A DNA stretch of 60,879 bases from a virus. Lineage: Duplodnaviria; Caudoviricetes. How positions within the stretch are numbered: the stretch's first letter is position 1; the number at the start of each line of letters is the position of its first letter. Below are positions 40,684-49,979 of the stretch, in pieces. Location of the stretch: IMG/VR virus record IMGVR_UViG_3300021378_000024, positions 1 through 60,879 of that record. One strand, 5' to 3'. The notes beneath the pieces were generated by a model that worked only from the letters and a program-made list of their open reading frames with translations, had not been told where the DNA came from and searched no databases. A program made the translations under genes and the position numbers.

Positions 40684-41152
40684 AAGCCGTTGATACTAAA
40701 CGAAAGTTCCCGAGTTTGCCCGAATGTTCTCGGCTCGGGAACATTTAAGTTATTGAAATCATTGGGAACAATAGCAATTGTTCCAATGTTCCCGGATTCC
40801 GAAGGTATACCCCAAGAAAAGTAAAAACGGAGTTCTGTATAAATGGTTATACACAGACGTTCGAAGCAAAAAAAGTCCGGATAACTTCGGAAAATGGGTA
40901 TTTTTGGAACAAAAGAACATTATGCAATATCAAGGACTTAGCATGACTCTATTATTATTATTATTATTCAAATACTTAACTACTACTACTACCATAACGT
41001 GCATAAAAAATCCTTTGTTTTCAATGCCCCCCAAATGTTCCCGGCCCCAAGAACAATCAGAACAATGCCCGGAACAATGCCATATTATGCGCCGAGCATA
41101 ATGTTACCACGTAAAATCTCACTTCCTATGTCAAATATCCTCCAGCTACATC

Positions 41153-41181
41153 TTGACATATAACGTGTTATATGATACACT
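41153..41181 (+). promoter_or_regulatory. Sigma70-type early promoter with an overlapping inverted repeat
   Basis: TTGACA-N17-TACACT; CATATAAC-GT-GTTATATG at 41157-41174. Confidence 0.75.
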
Positions 41182-41832
41182 CGAAGAGTGTTGTGTTTGA
41201 TGGGCTTGGTCGCCCGTGCTATTTGACATTGCTGCTCGCATTCTGCCTTGTCCGCCTCGCGCGGCATCGCGGTTTGCCCCTCTGCTAGGCTTCCATTATG
41301 CGTCCCGCATAACCCCGCCGATCATGCTAGACGACCTGCCGACCTATTGCCTCGGGGTGACGAAAAAATCCCGCTGCGTTGTGCGTCACGTCTCACAAGA
41401 TGAGCCCCCTGCTTCCTTGCCGCCTTCCACAAGCGGCCCGGTTCACCACCTATTATGCTCCGTGCATAATGGTTGGCTTACGCCGAGCACAATGCCCGGC
41501 GCCGCACCGGTGCGAAGTAAGCGCCAGACTTGCCTAAGAAGCTGTGTGTCCCCAAGGACAAAGACGTGCCGCCCCCAACCCGCGCCATGCGCGGGACGGA
41601 CAACCGACAAGATGCAAGACGGACCCGAAACACGGGCACGGACCCTCGCGATGCGAGGCCCGAACGAACATACAAAGCAGGCGTTCAACGAAACACTGCA
41701 CCATGCGGACTGACAACCCGCGCGGTGCTCGGGACAACACAACCCAACGCCGAGCATTATGCTCGCCCCTGCATAGCAGGGGACAACCACACCACGCCGA
41801 GCATTATGCTCAGCGCATAATAGGAGACCACC

Positions 41833-42129
41833 ATGACTACATTTGAAACGATCACCCTTTCCCTGCCTGCACACTGGCTTTGCCCTATCCTTTACGGCGA
41901 CACCAGCGGCCTTGACGAGGCCGAGGATCGTGCCTTTTCACGATGGCTGGACGACACCATCCGCGACATTGGTCACGGCACCCTGCCGACGATCGGCACC
42001 ATCAAGGACGACCCCTACTTCGCCCGGTATCACGACGCTGCCGAATACGGTGTGCTGGCGTGTGACTGCTACGACGTCGAGCTGTGTGTGCCTGCAACAC
42101 CAACGCCGATCGTTATGCGCGACGCATAA
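41833..42129 (+). CDS. Hypothetical early protein
   Basis: Palindrome + AGGAG upstream. Confidence 0.75.
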   Translation: MTTFETITLSLPAHWLCPILYGDTSGLDEAEDRAFSRWLDDTIRDIGHGTLPTIGTIKDDPYFARYHDAAEYGVLACDCYDVELCVPATPTPIVMRDA

Positions 42130-42142
42130 TAGGAGACTGACC

Positions 42143-42448
42143 ATGACGACCACTATAACAACTGCGGACGAGTTCTTTGATACCTACGTGCGCGACGGCG
42201 CATATGACCGCGAGGGCGGCCATGCCGCCCTGCAAAAGCTGCACAACACCGACCGCGGGGCGTTCTACCGCCTGATGACAAGCCCTGAATTTGTAGCGCG
42301 GGCTGTCGCAAACGCCCATGCCTTCGGCATTGTCGATGAGGTGCATGACAACGACGCGGAGATCGACGAGCTCATTGCCGAGGCCGAAGAGCTCGAAGAG
42401 CGTGCCGCCCACCTTCGTGCCTCCGCGGACGCGCTACGCGATGCGTAG
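42143..42448 (+). CDS. Hypothetical early protein
   Basis: ATG 42143 after palindrome + AGGAG. Confidence 0.75.
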   Translation: MTTTITTADEFFDTYVRDGAYDREGGHAALQKLHNTDRGAFYRLMTSPEFVARAVANAHAFGIVDEVHDNDAEIDELIAEAEELEERAAHLRASADALRDA

Positions 42449-42644
42449 GGCCACATGCGTCGACTGCGGCGATACATTCCCCCGGCGCCGTGCGGCGCTG
42501 GGCTACACCACATGCCTGTCGTGCGGCGATGCCGAAGCCGTTGCAGCCCGTGCGACATGGGCTGTCGTTCCCCTGCCCAAGCAGGGTTACACGCGCATCA
42601 CGCGCAAAGAAGAACTGCACCACCTCAACCAGAAGCCGCGCTGA
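42441..42644 (+). CDS. DksA/TraR-like C4 zinc-finger protein
   Basis: CVDCGDTFPRRRAALGYTTCLSC. Confidence 0.7.
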   Translation: MRRATCVDCGDTFPRRRAALGYTTCLSCGDAEAVAARATWAVVPLPKQGYTRITRKEELHHLNQKPR

Positions 42645-42717
42645 TTATGCGCCCCCCTGCATAGCAGGGGACACCACCACGCCGGGCATTATGCGCGGCG
42701 TATAATAGGAGCCCAAC

Positions 42718-43029
42718 ATGACTACACCATCCCACGTCCGCAAGTTTCTGGACATATCGACCGCACACATCACCGAAAACACTGCGGGGATGCTTGACGA
42801 CTCCGTGCATCAGTTCCTCGGGACTGCGCCGTGCATAGCCTACCCCCTAGGGGACACAGGCTGGCTTGTGTATGTGCCGTCTGATGACAGCCCGAACACC
42901 AATACACTCGCTGAGTTTCACCCAGACCTGCTGACCTGCATGGAATACGCCCGCCAGCACAACTGCGACTACATCATGTTCGATCAGGACGGCACCGTGA
43001 TCGACGACCTCCCTGCATATGATTGGTAA
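42718..43029 (+). CDS. Hypothetical protein (DUF5983-like)
   Basis: LDISTAHIT..GWLVYV..IMFDQDG..LPAYDW. Confidence 0.7.
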   Translation: MTTPSHVRKFLDISTAHITENTAGMLDDSVHQFLGTAPCIAYPLGDTGWLVYVPSDDSPNTNTLAEFHPDLLTCMEYARQHNCDYIMFDQDGTVIDDLPAYDW

Positions 43030-43072
43030 CGGCACTGATGAGACAGGCCAACCTTCAAGAAGGACTGAGAGA

Positions 43073-43315
43073 ATGGAATGGGATTTCCGCTTTGTGAACA
43101 TGCCGTCCGGCAACGGCGGTGATGACTGGATCGAACTGCGTGAGGTCTACTACAGCGACGACGGTAGCCTCATGGGTCACTCTAACCCATGCCCCGGCAG
43201 CGAGACTGTCGAGGGCATCAAGCAACTGGCGCAGTGGTGGCTGCGGGCAAGTGAGTTGCCCGTGCTGCACGAGAAGGACTTCCCGTCCGACTTTGAACCT
43301 GAAGCCAATTACTGA
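43073..43315 (+). CDS. Hypothetical protein
   Basis: MEWDFRFV..LREVYY; AAGGA SD. Confidence 0.7.
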   Translation: MEWDFRFVNMPSGNGGDDWIELREVYYSDDGSLMGHSNPCPGSETVEGIKQLAQWWLRASELPVLHEKDFPSDFEPEANY

Positions 43316-43328
43316 AAGGACTGAGAGC

Positions 43329-43541
43329 ATGAGCAAGTTTATTCTGTTTAGCCACCATACCTACTACCCCTACGGAGGGATGGGCGACTGCGAGGGTGTG
43401 TTCGACACCCTGCAAGATGCGCTGGCAGCGCCTCGTTTCGGGCCCAACTTCGAGGTGCTGCAAGTGCCTGAAATGATCGTCCACGAGCAAGACGGGCGAG
43501 CGATACCCATAACCGATTACATCAAACGCGAGGAGGAGTAA
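43329..43541 (+). CDS. Hypothetical protein
   Basis: YYPYGGMGD motif; AAGGA SD. Confidence 0.7.
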   Translation: MSKFILFSHHTYYPYGGMGDCEGVFDTLQDALAAPRFGPNFEVLQVPEMIVHEQDGRAIPITDYIKREEE

Positions 43542-43545
43542 CACC

Positions 43546-43914
43546 ATGAGCACCAAACGTATCACTCACGCCGACATCGTTGCCGACGATGCATTCCGCA
43601 AGGCCTTCTCGGCTATATGCCGACGCGCCCTGCCTTACATGGCTGAGGATGCCTACCACATGGACCTGATATTCGACGCCGAACAAGCCACACGGCTCAA
43701 CCCCGGCGACCGCTTCTACCTGCTGGTGCGTAAGCTGGGGACCAACAACTTCGGATACCCGGACGACGCCGTGCGGCACTGCGACCCGGCTATGAGTGAC
43801 GGGCAGGCTGTCCTGCGTGTCATGCGTGGCTCATACGACACCTTCACCGTCACCGTGCACTACGACAGGAAGCGCGGGCATTATGCTCAGCGCATAACAG
43901 GAGAACCGCTATGA
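43546..43914 (+). CDS. Hypothetical protein
   Basis: GGAGGAG SD; 122 aa. Confidence 0.7.
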   Translation: MSTKRITHADIVADDAFRKAFSAICRRALPYMAEDAYHMDLIFDAEQATRLNPGDRFYLLVRKLGTNNFGYPDDAVRHCDPAMSDGQAVLRVMRGSYDTFTVTVHYDRKRGHYAQRITGEPL

Positions 43915-44135
43915 TCGGCCACGACGTTGGCCATGGCCGTGCCAGCGGCGCTGGCCGTGGCAACGGCAACGGCAACGGCTTCGGCAAAGGTGCCGGAGAC
44001 GGCGACGGCTATGGCGTTGGCATCGGTAACGACAGCGGCTTCGGCAACGGCAGCGGCCGTGGCGATGGCAACGGCTCCGGTGACGGCATGGCCCCCGGCT
44101 ATGGCGACGGCGCCGGATACGGAGAAGCACTATGA
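43911..44135 (+). CDS. Gly-rich (G-x repeat) protein
   Basis: GNGNGNGFGKGAGDGDGYG; palindrome + AGGAG upstream. Confidence 0.6.
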   Translation: MIGHDVGHGRASGAGRGNGNGNGFGKGAGDGDGYGVGIGNDSGFGNGSGRGDGNGSGDGMAPGYGDGAGYGEAL

Positions 44136-44359
44136 TCGACAACGGCGACGGCAGCGGCAAAGGCACCGCCAACGGCGCTGGCGACGGATACGGCGGCGGG
44201 TATGGCACCGGCAGTGCCAGCGGCTATGGCGATGGATACCACCGATGCGGTCGCGGCACCGGCTACGGCCACGAAGAAACAGCATTACACATACGCATGA
44301 AGGAGACACAGCGTGTTCGACACACTCATAAACACCCCAGTAATCATCCGTTCAAATGA
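44132..44359 (+). CDS. Second Gly-rich protein
   Basis: GDGSG..GDGYGGGYGTG; ATGA coupling. Confidence 0.5.
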   Translation: MIDNGDGSGKGTANGAGDGYGGGYGTGSASGYGDGYHRCGRGTGYGHEETALHIRMKETQRVRHTHKHPSNHPFK

Positions 44360-44621
44360 CAGTGGGGTGCATTACGGCTACCTCGCCGAAGTCATCGACA
44401 GCGGGCGGACTGTCCGGCTCACCAACAGCCGTCGCTTGTGGAAGTGGAAGGTTGCCGGAAACGGCATATCCCTGAGCGAGGTTGCTATCACAGGAATCGA
44501 CCACAGCGAGTCGCGCATCACCATGCCGCTGCCCAACCTTGTGGTTGTGGGCGTGTGCGAGATCATCCCCGCGCACGGCATGGCGACAGCCACAATCGAA
44601 GGTGCCCCCGTGGCATCATAA
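44313..44621 (+). CDS. DUF6948-like protein
   Basis: VIIRS..SGVHYG..SRRLWKW..SLSEVA..G..EIIP. Confidence 0.7.
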   Translation: MFDTLINTPVIIRSNDSGVHYGYLAEVIDSGRTVRLTNSRRLWKWKVAGNGISLSEVAITGIDHSESRITMPLPNLVVVGVCEIIPAHGMATATIEGAPVAS

Positions 44622-44672
44622 GCTACACCAATGCCGGGCATTATGCTCGGCGCATAACTACGGAGAACCACT

Positions 44673-45767
44673 ATGACTAACCAAGCACATGCAATGTATA
44701 ACGTCGACCTCGATCAGGCGACGCAGATGATCGCCACCATGGGCCACAAGCGCACCATTCTGGTGCAGGGCCACATGGGCACCGGCAAGTCCAGCATGCT
44801 CAAGACGCTGGCGGATATGTTTCCCAACCATATCCCCTGCTACTTCGACGCCACGACCAAGGACCTCGGCGACCTGATGCTGCCGCGCATCGCCGAACTC
44901 GATGCAGGTGCAAGCTATGTCAGCTACGCACCCAACGAAGAGCTGGGCATCCACCACAGTCGGCCTGTGATCGTCATGCTGGACGAGTATGGCAAGGCCA
45001 ACCCCGCCGTGAAGCAGGGTCTAACTGCCTTCATGCTGGAGCGTCGCATGGGCAACCTCAAGCTGCACCCGGACAGCATTGTGTTTGCCACGACAAACCT
45101 CGGCGGCGAGGGCGTGGGCGACATGCTGGTGGCGCACCAGCGCAACCGCATCACCGTGGTGACGCTGAAGAAGCCCGACTATATGAACTACATCGAGTGG
45201 GGTATCAACAACGGCATCGACCACACCCTGCTCGGATGGGTCAAGGACAACCCCCATGTGTTCCAGTCCTTCGAGGATGTGCAGAACCCCGAAGACAACC
45301 CCTACATCTTCCACCCTCGCTCGCAGCGGGCGGCCTTCGTCACGCCACGGTCGCTCGAAGCTGCATCGGACTGGCTAAAGGTAAGGGACCGCCTCGACGA
45401 CATGAGCCTCACCGCGGCGCTGATCGGCACGGTGGGCGACCGGGCGGCCATGGACCTCATGGCCTTCGTGCGTCTGTCCAACGACCTGCCGACACTCAAG
45501 TCGATCAAGGAGACCCCCGAGACGGCCAAGGTGCCAGAGTCCGCCGCAGCCGTGTGCATGGTGGTCTATCGCACACTGGCCAGCATCGAGGCCGATTGGC
45601 TTGACGCGTGGATGACATACCTAAACCGGCTGCCTGCCGAGGCGCAGGGCCTGTTCGCTAACGGCGTGCGGGCACCGAAGTATGCCAAGCAGGGCCTTGT
45701 CATGACAAACAAGGCCTTCACTCAGTGGGCTCGGGCAAAAAGTCACTTGTTCGCCGCGGATGTGTAA
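44673..45767 (+). CDS. MoxR-like AAA+ ATPase
   Basis: GHMGTGKS, MLDE, ATTN, RNR and TPRSL motifs. Confidence 0.85.
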   Translation: MTNQAHAMYNVDLDQATQMIATMGHKRTILVQGHMGTGKSSMLKTLADMFPNHIPCYFDATTKDLGDLMLPRIAELDAGASYVSYAPNEELGIHHSRPVIVMLDEYGKANPAVKQGLTAFMLERRMGNLKLHPDSIVFATTNLGGEGVGDMLVAHQRNRITVVTLKKPDYMNYIEWGINNGIDHTLLGWVKDNPHVFQSFEDVQNPEDNPYIFHPRSQRAAFVTPRSLEAASDWLKVRDRLDDMSLTAALIGTVGDRAAMDLMAFVRLSNDLPTLKSIKETPETAKVPESAAAVCMVVYRTLASIEADWLDAWMTYLNRLPAEAQGLFANGVRAPKYAKQGLVMTNKAFTQWARAKSHLFAADV

Positions 45768-45790
45768 CTGGTCATAAATCGCCAAAATTT

Positions 45791-45826
45791 TTACGGCGAT
45801 TTAACGGCGATTTAACGGCGATTTAA
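45791..45826. repeat. 11-bp tandem repeat (TTAACGGCGAT) x~3
   Basis: ttacggcgat ttaacggcga tttaacggcg atttaa. Confidence 0.85.
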
Positions 45827-45875
45827 CCCGCCCGGCGCCTTATGCGCCGGGCATAACAACCTGAAAGGTAATACA

Positions 45876-46772
45876 ATGGACTTTATCAACAACACCCCCA
45901 ACGTCTCGGCCCCGTCGATCTCTTCGGCATCCATGCTGGTGGAGCTCGGCATCAGCATCTGGACCGGGCGCAAGAAGGACAAGGCAGCCTCGGCCGACGT
46001 CACCGCCCTGAACGCCGCACACACCGGCGTGGCATCGGTGAACAAGAAGCTGTTGGGTGACTGCGAGGAGCTGACCGCACTGCAGAAGTTCGCTGGCAAC
46101 GTGCGGACCATGCACTACAGCATGACAATGCCGTGGTCAGACAGTGGCATGCGCTTGCTGCCGACGTCGGTGTATTTCAAGTATCACCAGCAGATGACTT
46201 CCCTGCAGCAAGAGTTTGACCGGCTCGTGCAGGTGTTCCTCGACGCCTACGACTGGGAGGTCGTGCAAGCACAGGTCAAGCTGGGCAACCTGTTTCACCG
46301 TGACGAGTATCCAACTGTGGACAGCCTGCGTGACAAGTTTGGGTTCCGCATGTCCTACATCCCCCTGCCCGACGCCGGTGACTGGCGTGTGGACATGGAG
46401 CGGGACGCTCAGAACACCCTGCGCGATCAGTACGCGGACTTCTACCGCAAGCAGGTGGAGGGTGCGATGCGTGACGTATGGGAGCGGCTGCATACCGAGA
46501 TCACCCGGTTCATCAAGCAGCTGGACGTCGACGCCGAAGGCCGCAAGGGTAAGATCTACGACAGCACCATGGAGCACGTGCTGCACCTGACGGACATGAT
46601 GGAGGCAGCCAACTTCACCAACGACCCCAACCTGCAGCTGGCGCAGCACAAGATCCGCGCAGCGCTGGAGGGCGTCGAGCGCATGGACCTCGTGCGTAAC
46701 GACAACTTCCGGTCCAACACCAAGCGAGCCATGGAGGAAGCCATCGCAGCCCTGCCCGGTCTGGGGATGTGA
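45876..46772 (+). CDS. DUF3150-like helical protein
   Basis: WTGRKKD..TMPWSD..RLLP..YP motifs; between the AAA and vWA genes. Confidence 0.6.
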   Translation: MDFINNTPNVSAPSISSASMLVELGISIWTGRKKDKAASADVTALNAAHTGVASVNKKLLGDCEELTALQKFAGNVRTMHYSMTMPWSDSGMRLLPTSVYFKYHQQMTSLQQEFDRLVQVFLDAYDWEVVQAQVKLGNLFHRDEYPTVDSLRDKFGFRMSYIPLPDAGDWRVDMERDAQNTLRDQYADFYRKQVEGAMRDVWERLHTEITRFIKQLDVDAEGRKGKIYDSTMEHVLHLTDMMEAANFTNDPNLQLAQHKIRAALEGVERMDLVRNDNFRSNTKRAMEEAIAALPGLGM

Positions 46773-46834
46773 CCAAACGCAGACACCAACCAGCGGGGCG
46801 CATTATGCGCCCCGCATAATTACAGGAGAACAAC

Positions 46835-48043
46835 ATGTTACACGTTAAACTTTCAGCCGAACAACGGCTTGAGAAAGCCGTGATCGCAATCATGGCGGAG
46901 CCCAAGTATGTCGCCCTCGCCGGTGTCTTGATGATCGGCAAGCGCACAGTGTCCGACACAGTGCCGACTGCCTGCACCAACGGGCGCGACGAGTTCTATG
47001 GGCGGGCCTTCGTCGACAGCCTCAACGACAAGCAGCTGCGGTTCCTCGTGCTGCACGAGGTGTATCACAAGCTGTATCGCCACCTGACCACGTGGCGCTG
47101 GATGTATGACGAGAACCCGCAGCTGGCCAACATGGCGTGCGACTATGTCATCAACACTCAGCTGGTCGCCGACAACAAGGACAAGTTCGCCACGATGGAC
47201 GGTCCCCTGTCCGCCGGGTGCTACGACGACAAGTATATCGGCTGGGACAGTGCCATGGTCTTCGCCGACCTCAAGAAGCGGGGGAAGGGCCAGCAGAGCG
47301 GACAGGGCCAGCCCGGCGACGGGCAGGGTAACGAGCAGGGCTTCGACGAGCACGACTGGGATGGCGCCAAGGAGATGTCGGAGTCCGAGAAGCAGGCGCT
47401 TGCGCGGGATATCGACGAGGCGGTGCGCCAAGGTGCCTTGGCTGCGGGCAAGATGGGGTCGGGCGGGGCCCGGACATTCGCCGAGCTGCTGCAACCACAA
47501 CAGGACTGGCGGGCTGCCCTGCGTGACTTTGTTACGGCAACCTGTGCCGGCCGCGACTATTCCACGTGGAAGAAGCCAAACCGCCGCTACATCGGCGCGG
47601 GTATCTACATGCCGTCCGGCATCAGCGAGCAGATCGGTGAGATCGTCATCGCCCCGGACATGTCTGGGTCGATCGGAGCAACAGAGATCCAGCGCATGCT
47701 GTCCGAGGTCAAAGGCATCGCCGATACCGTTCATCCCGAGGCGGTGCGGTTGCTATACTGGGACACCAAGGTCTGTGCCGACGAGCGGTATGAATCGCAT
47801 GAGCTTGACACGCTGACGCAGACAACCAAACCTGCGGGGGGTGGAGGCACAATGGTGGAGTGCGTGCCCGCACATATGGGCGAGCATGGCATCAAGGCCC
47901 AGTGCGCGGTTGTGTTTACCGATGGCTGGCTTGGCGGCACGTGGGGTGAGTGGCCCTGCCCGGTGCTCTGGGTCATCGTCGACAACAAGGGCTGCAACCC
48001 GCCGTTCGGCACCACGGTGCACGTGACGGCACGTGATCTGTAA
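46835..48043 (+). CDS. DUF2201-like metallopeptidase + vWA domain protein
   Basis: TACTNG, LHEVYH, DMSGS (MIDAS), GGGGT and FTDG motifs. Confidence 0.85.
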   Translation: MLHVKLSAEQRLEKAVIAIMAEPKYVALAGVLMIGKRTVSDTVPTACTNGRDEFYGRAFVDSLNDKQLRFLVLHEVYHKLYRHLTTWRWMYDENPQLANMACDYVINTQLVADNKDKFATMDGPLSAGCYDDKYIGWDSAMVFADLKKRGKGQQSGQGQPGDGQGNEQGFDEHDWDGAKEMSESEKQALARDIDEAVRQGALAAGKMGSGGARTFAELLQPQQDWRAALRDFVTATCAGRDYSTWKKPNRRYIGAGIYMPSGISEQIGEIVIAPDMSGSIGATEIQRMLSEVKGIADTVHPEAVRLLYWDTKVCADERYESHELDTLTQTTKPAGGGGTMVECVPAHMGEHGIKAQCAVVFTDGWLGGTWGEWPCPVLWVIVDNKGCNPPFGTTVHVTARDL

Positions 48044-48085
48044 CGACGCCGGGCGTTATGCCCGGCACATAATAGGAGAGAAGAT

Positions 48086-48499
48086 ATGGGATATAGAAGT
48101 GACGTGGTTCTGGTGGCGGTGTTCGCCAACGCAGAGCAGCATGACGAGGTGATGTCTGTCTACCGCATGGACCCCAACGTGCAGAAGCACGGCCTTGAGG
48201 CGGCGTGGCGACGTGTCGACTTCAACAAGGGCGAGGTGGCCCGCATCTACGAGGGCAACAACGTCAAGTGGTATGAGTCATACGAAGACGTGCAGGCCCT
48301 ATGCCGCTTGGCCAGCCTGTTGGCTGACTTCCACGAGGACCGCAAGTTTGACTACGCGTGGGGTGAAGGCCGCGTCGGCGAAGAAGAGGCCGATATTGTT
48401 TACGACGTGACCAGCGGGTCGACAGACAGGTCAGAAGACCTACGCGACATTATCTACGACGGGCTTCGAATCGAACGCCGCGTCTACGTTGGATTTTAA
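48086..48499 (+). CDS. Hypothetical protein
   Basis: MGYRSDV..VKWY..RVGEE; SD. Confidence 0.75.
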   Translation: MGYRSDVVLVAVFANAEQHDEVMSVYRMDPNVQKHGLEAAWRRVDFNKGEVARIYEGNNVKWYESYEDVQALCRLASLLADFHEDRKFDYAWGEGRVGEEEADIVYDVTSGSTDRSEDLRDIIYDGLRIERRVYVGF

Positions 48500-48510
48500 G
48501 GAGAGAAGAT

Positions 48511-49122
48511 ATGGCACAGAAATACAGCGCGGCGTTCATCGAAGCGCATCGTGACTTCAACGTCGACCACCGGTGGTGGGAGAGCATATACGAAGACTTC
48601 TATCGCATCTGCACGATCCTCGGCATCGAGCTGAACAAGAACGAGCCGAACTTCTCGGGCTTCTGGTCGCAGGGTGACGGCGCCTCGTGGGCCGGGCGAT
48701 ACAGGTCCCGTGCGCTTAGTCTTAATACGCGAAGCGGATATGCCCCAACATACGACCTAGCACCTGCACAGATACGCGAGCACGCGCCGCAGGACGAAGA
48801 ACTCCACCGTATCGCAGATGAGCTGTGCTTGCTGGCCCGCATCTACGGGCCGACCTACGCCGTCGTGGGTCGCAGCTCCAGCCACTACGTGCACTCAAAC
48901 ACCATGTGCATCAACGAGTGGGAGTATGACGACGACCGGGACAGTGATGACGTCGACGGGGTGATCCTCGACCACATCGAAGAGGCCCTGCTTGCTACGT
49001 TTACGGCGCTGGCAGAGTGGCTCTACACGTCGCTGGATGCAGAATACGAGTACCTGATAAGTGACGAAGCCGTGATCGAGACACTGGAAGCTAACGATAT
49101 TGAAGAGGAAGCGGTTGCGTAA
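48511..49122 (+). CDS. Hypothetical protein
   Basis: FSGFWSQGDGAS..EYEYL motifs. Confidence 0.75.
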   Translation: MAQKYSAAFIEAHRDFNVDHRWWESIYEDFYRICTILGIELNKNEPNFSGFWSQGDGASWAGRYRSRALSLNTRSGYAPTYDLAPAQIREHAPQDEELHRIADELCLLARIYGPTYAVVGRSSSHYVHSNTMCINEWEYDDDRDSDDVDGVILDHIEEALLATFTALAEWLYTSLDAEYEYLISDEAVIETLEANDIEEEAVA

Positions 49123-49154
49123 TTATGCGCCCCGCATAACAGGAGAGAAGTGAA

Positions 49155-49910
49155 ATGGGTTTTGTATTGAATATGTATGATGTCCCGTATGTAACGTCCT
49201 ACGCGGAAGCTGTGGCGTTCTATGAGCGCAGCGTGCCGTGGCGCAACGGCGGAGAGGATCGCCCGCTGGTGAACAAGCGCCACCGTGGTATGGGCGTGCG
49301 GCTCGTCGGGGACGCCGTTGTGTTCCGCTACCACACCACTGACGTGGTTAGCTGGGGGCCAGACGGCTCCTACGAGATCGACAACGGTCGCTACTACAGC
49401 AGGTCCACCTGCGAGTTTGCGAACAACTTCATGCCGCGCATGCACTGGCTCATGAGCGAGACGAAGCACCTGCGTATTAATGACCACATCCACCCCATAT
49501 GGGACTGCCGTCGGTTGCTGGTGTCCGCCGATGGCGTTGTATCTGGGCCCGGCCTCGGGCGCTTCATGAAGCGCACCGTCAACCGCAAGCAGGCTCGCAC
49601 CCTGCTCAAGGCACTGGGCTACTACGAGTATCTCGACTGGCACAAGGCGATGTATCCCATGGTGCAGGACACCATGCCACCCCGCTGGAAACGTGAGCAT
49701 GTGCGCGTCGACCAGATTGTCGAACTCTTAGCGCAGGGTGTCTACGCATACTACCAGCTCATGATGTCAAACGGGGGCGAGCCCGATACGGTCCGCGAGG
49801 TGCTGTATGCGGCCTTCGGCGATGCACGCAATGTGTGGGATGCAGCATACCACGACCGACTGCCAAGCGCCACTAACCTCCGTGGCTACGACGTTGTTAT
49901 GAAAGGATAA
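49155..49910 (+). CDS. Hypothetical protein
   Basis: 251 aa; palindrome + AGGAG upstream. Confidence 0.75.
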   Translation: MGFVLNMYDVPYVTSYAEAVAFYERSVPWRNGGEDRPLVNKRHRGMGVRLVGDAVVFRYHTTDVVSWGPDGSYEIDNGRYYSRSTCEFANNFMPRMHWLMSETKHLRINDHIHPIWDCRRLLVSADGVVSGPGLGRFMKRTVNRKQARTLLKALGYYEYLDWHKAMYPMVQDTMPPRWKREHVRVDQIVELLAQGVYAYYQLMMSNGGEPDTVREVLYAAFGDARNVWDAAYHDRLPSATNLRGYDVVMKG

Positions 49911-49979
49911 CTTATGAGTAAACCAAGCCGACCCTGCTCGACACCCGAGCAGCTTCCACAACAAGAAGGAGACCAACTG

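Noticed and set aside
40600-41080. GTTC/GAAC words as alphaproteobacterial LexA boxes
   Set aside because: Spacings I checked are 4, 5, 8 or 16 nt, not the GTTC-N7-GTTC consensus
40778-41101. 107-aa ORF in the AT-rich region
   Set aside because: Low-complexity translation of microsatellites (LLLLLL, TTTTT), no SD, atypical composition
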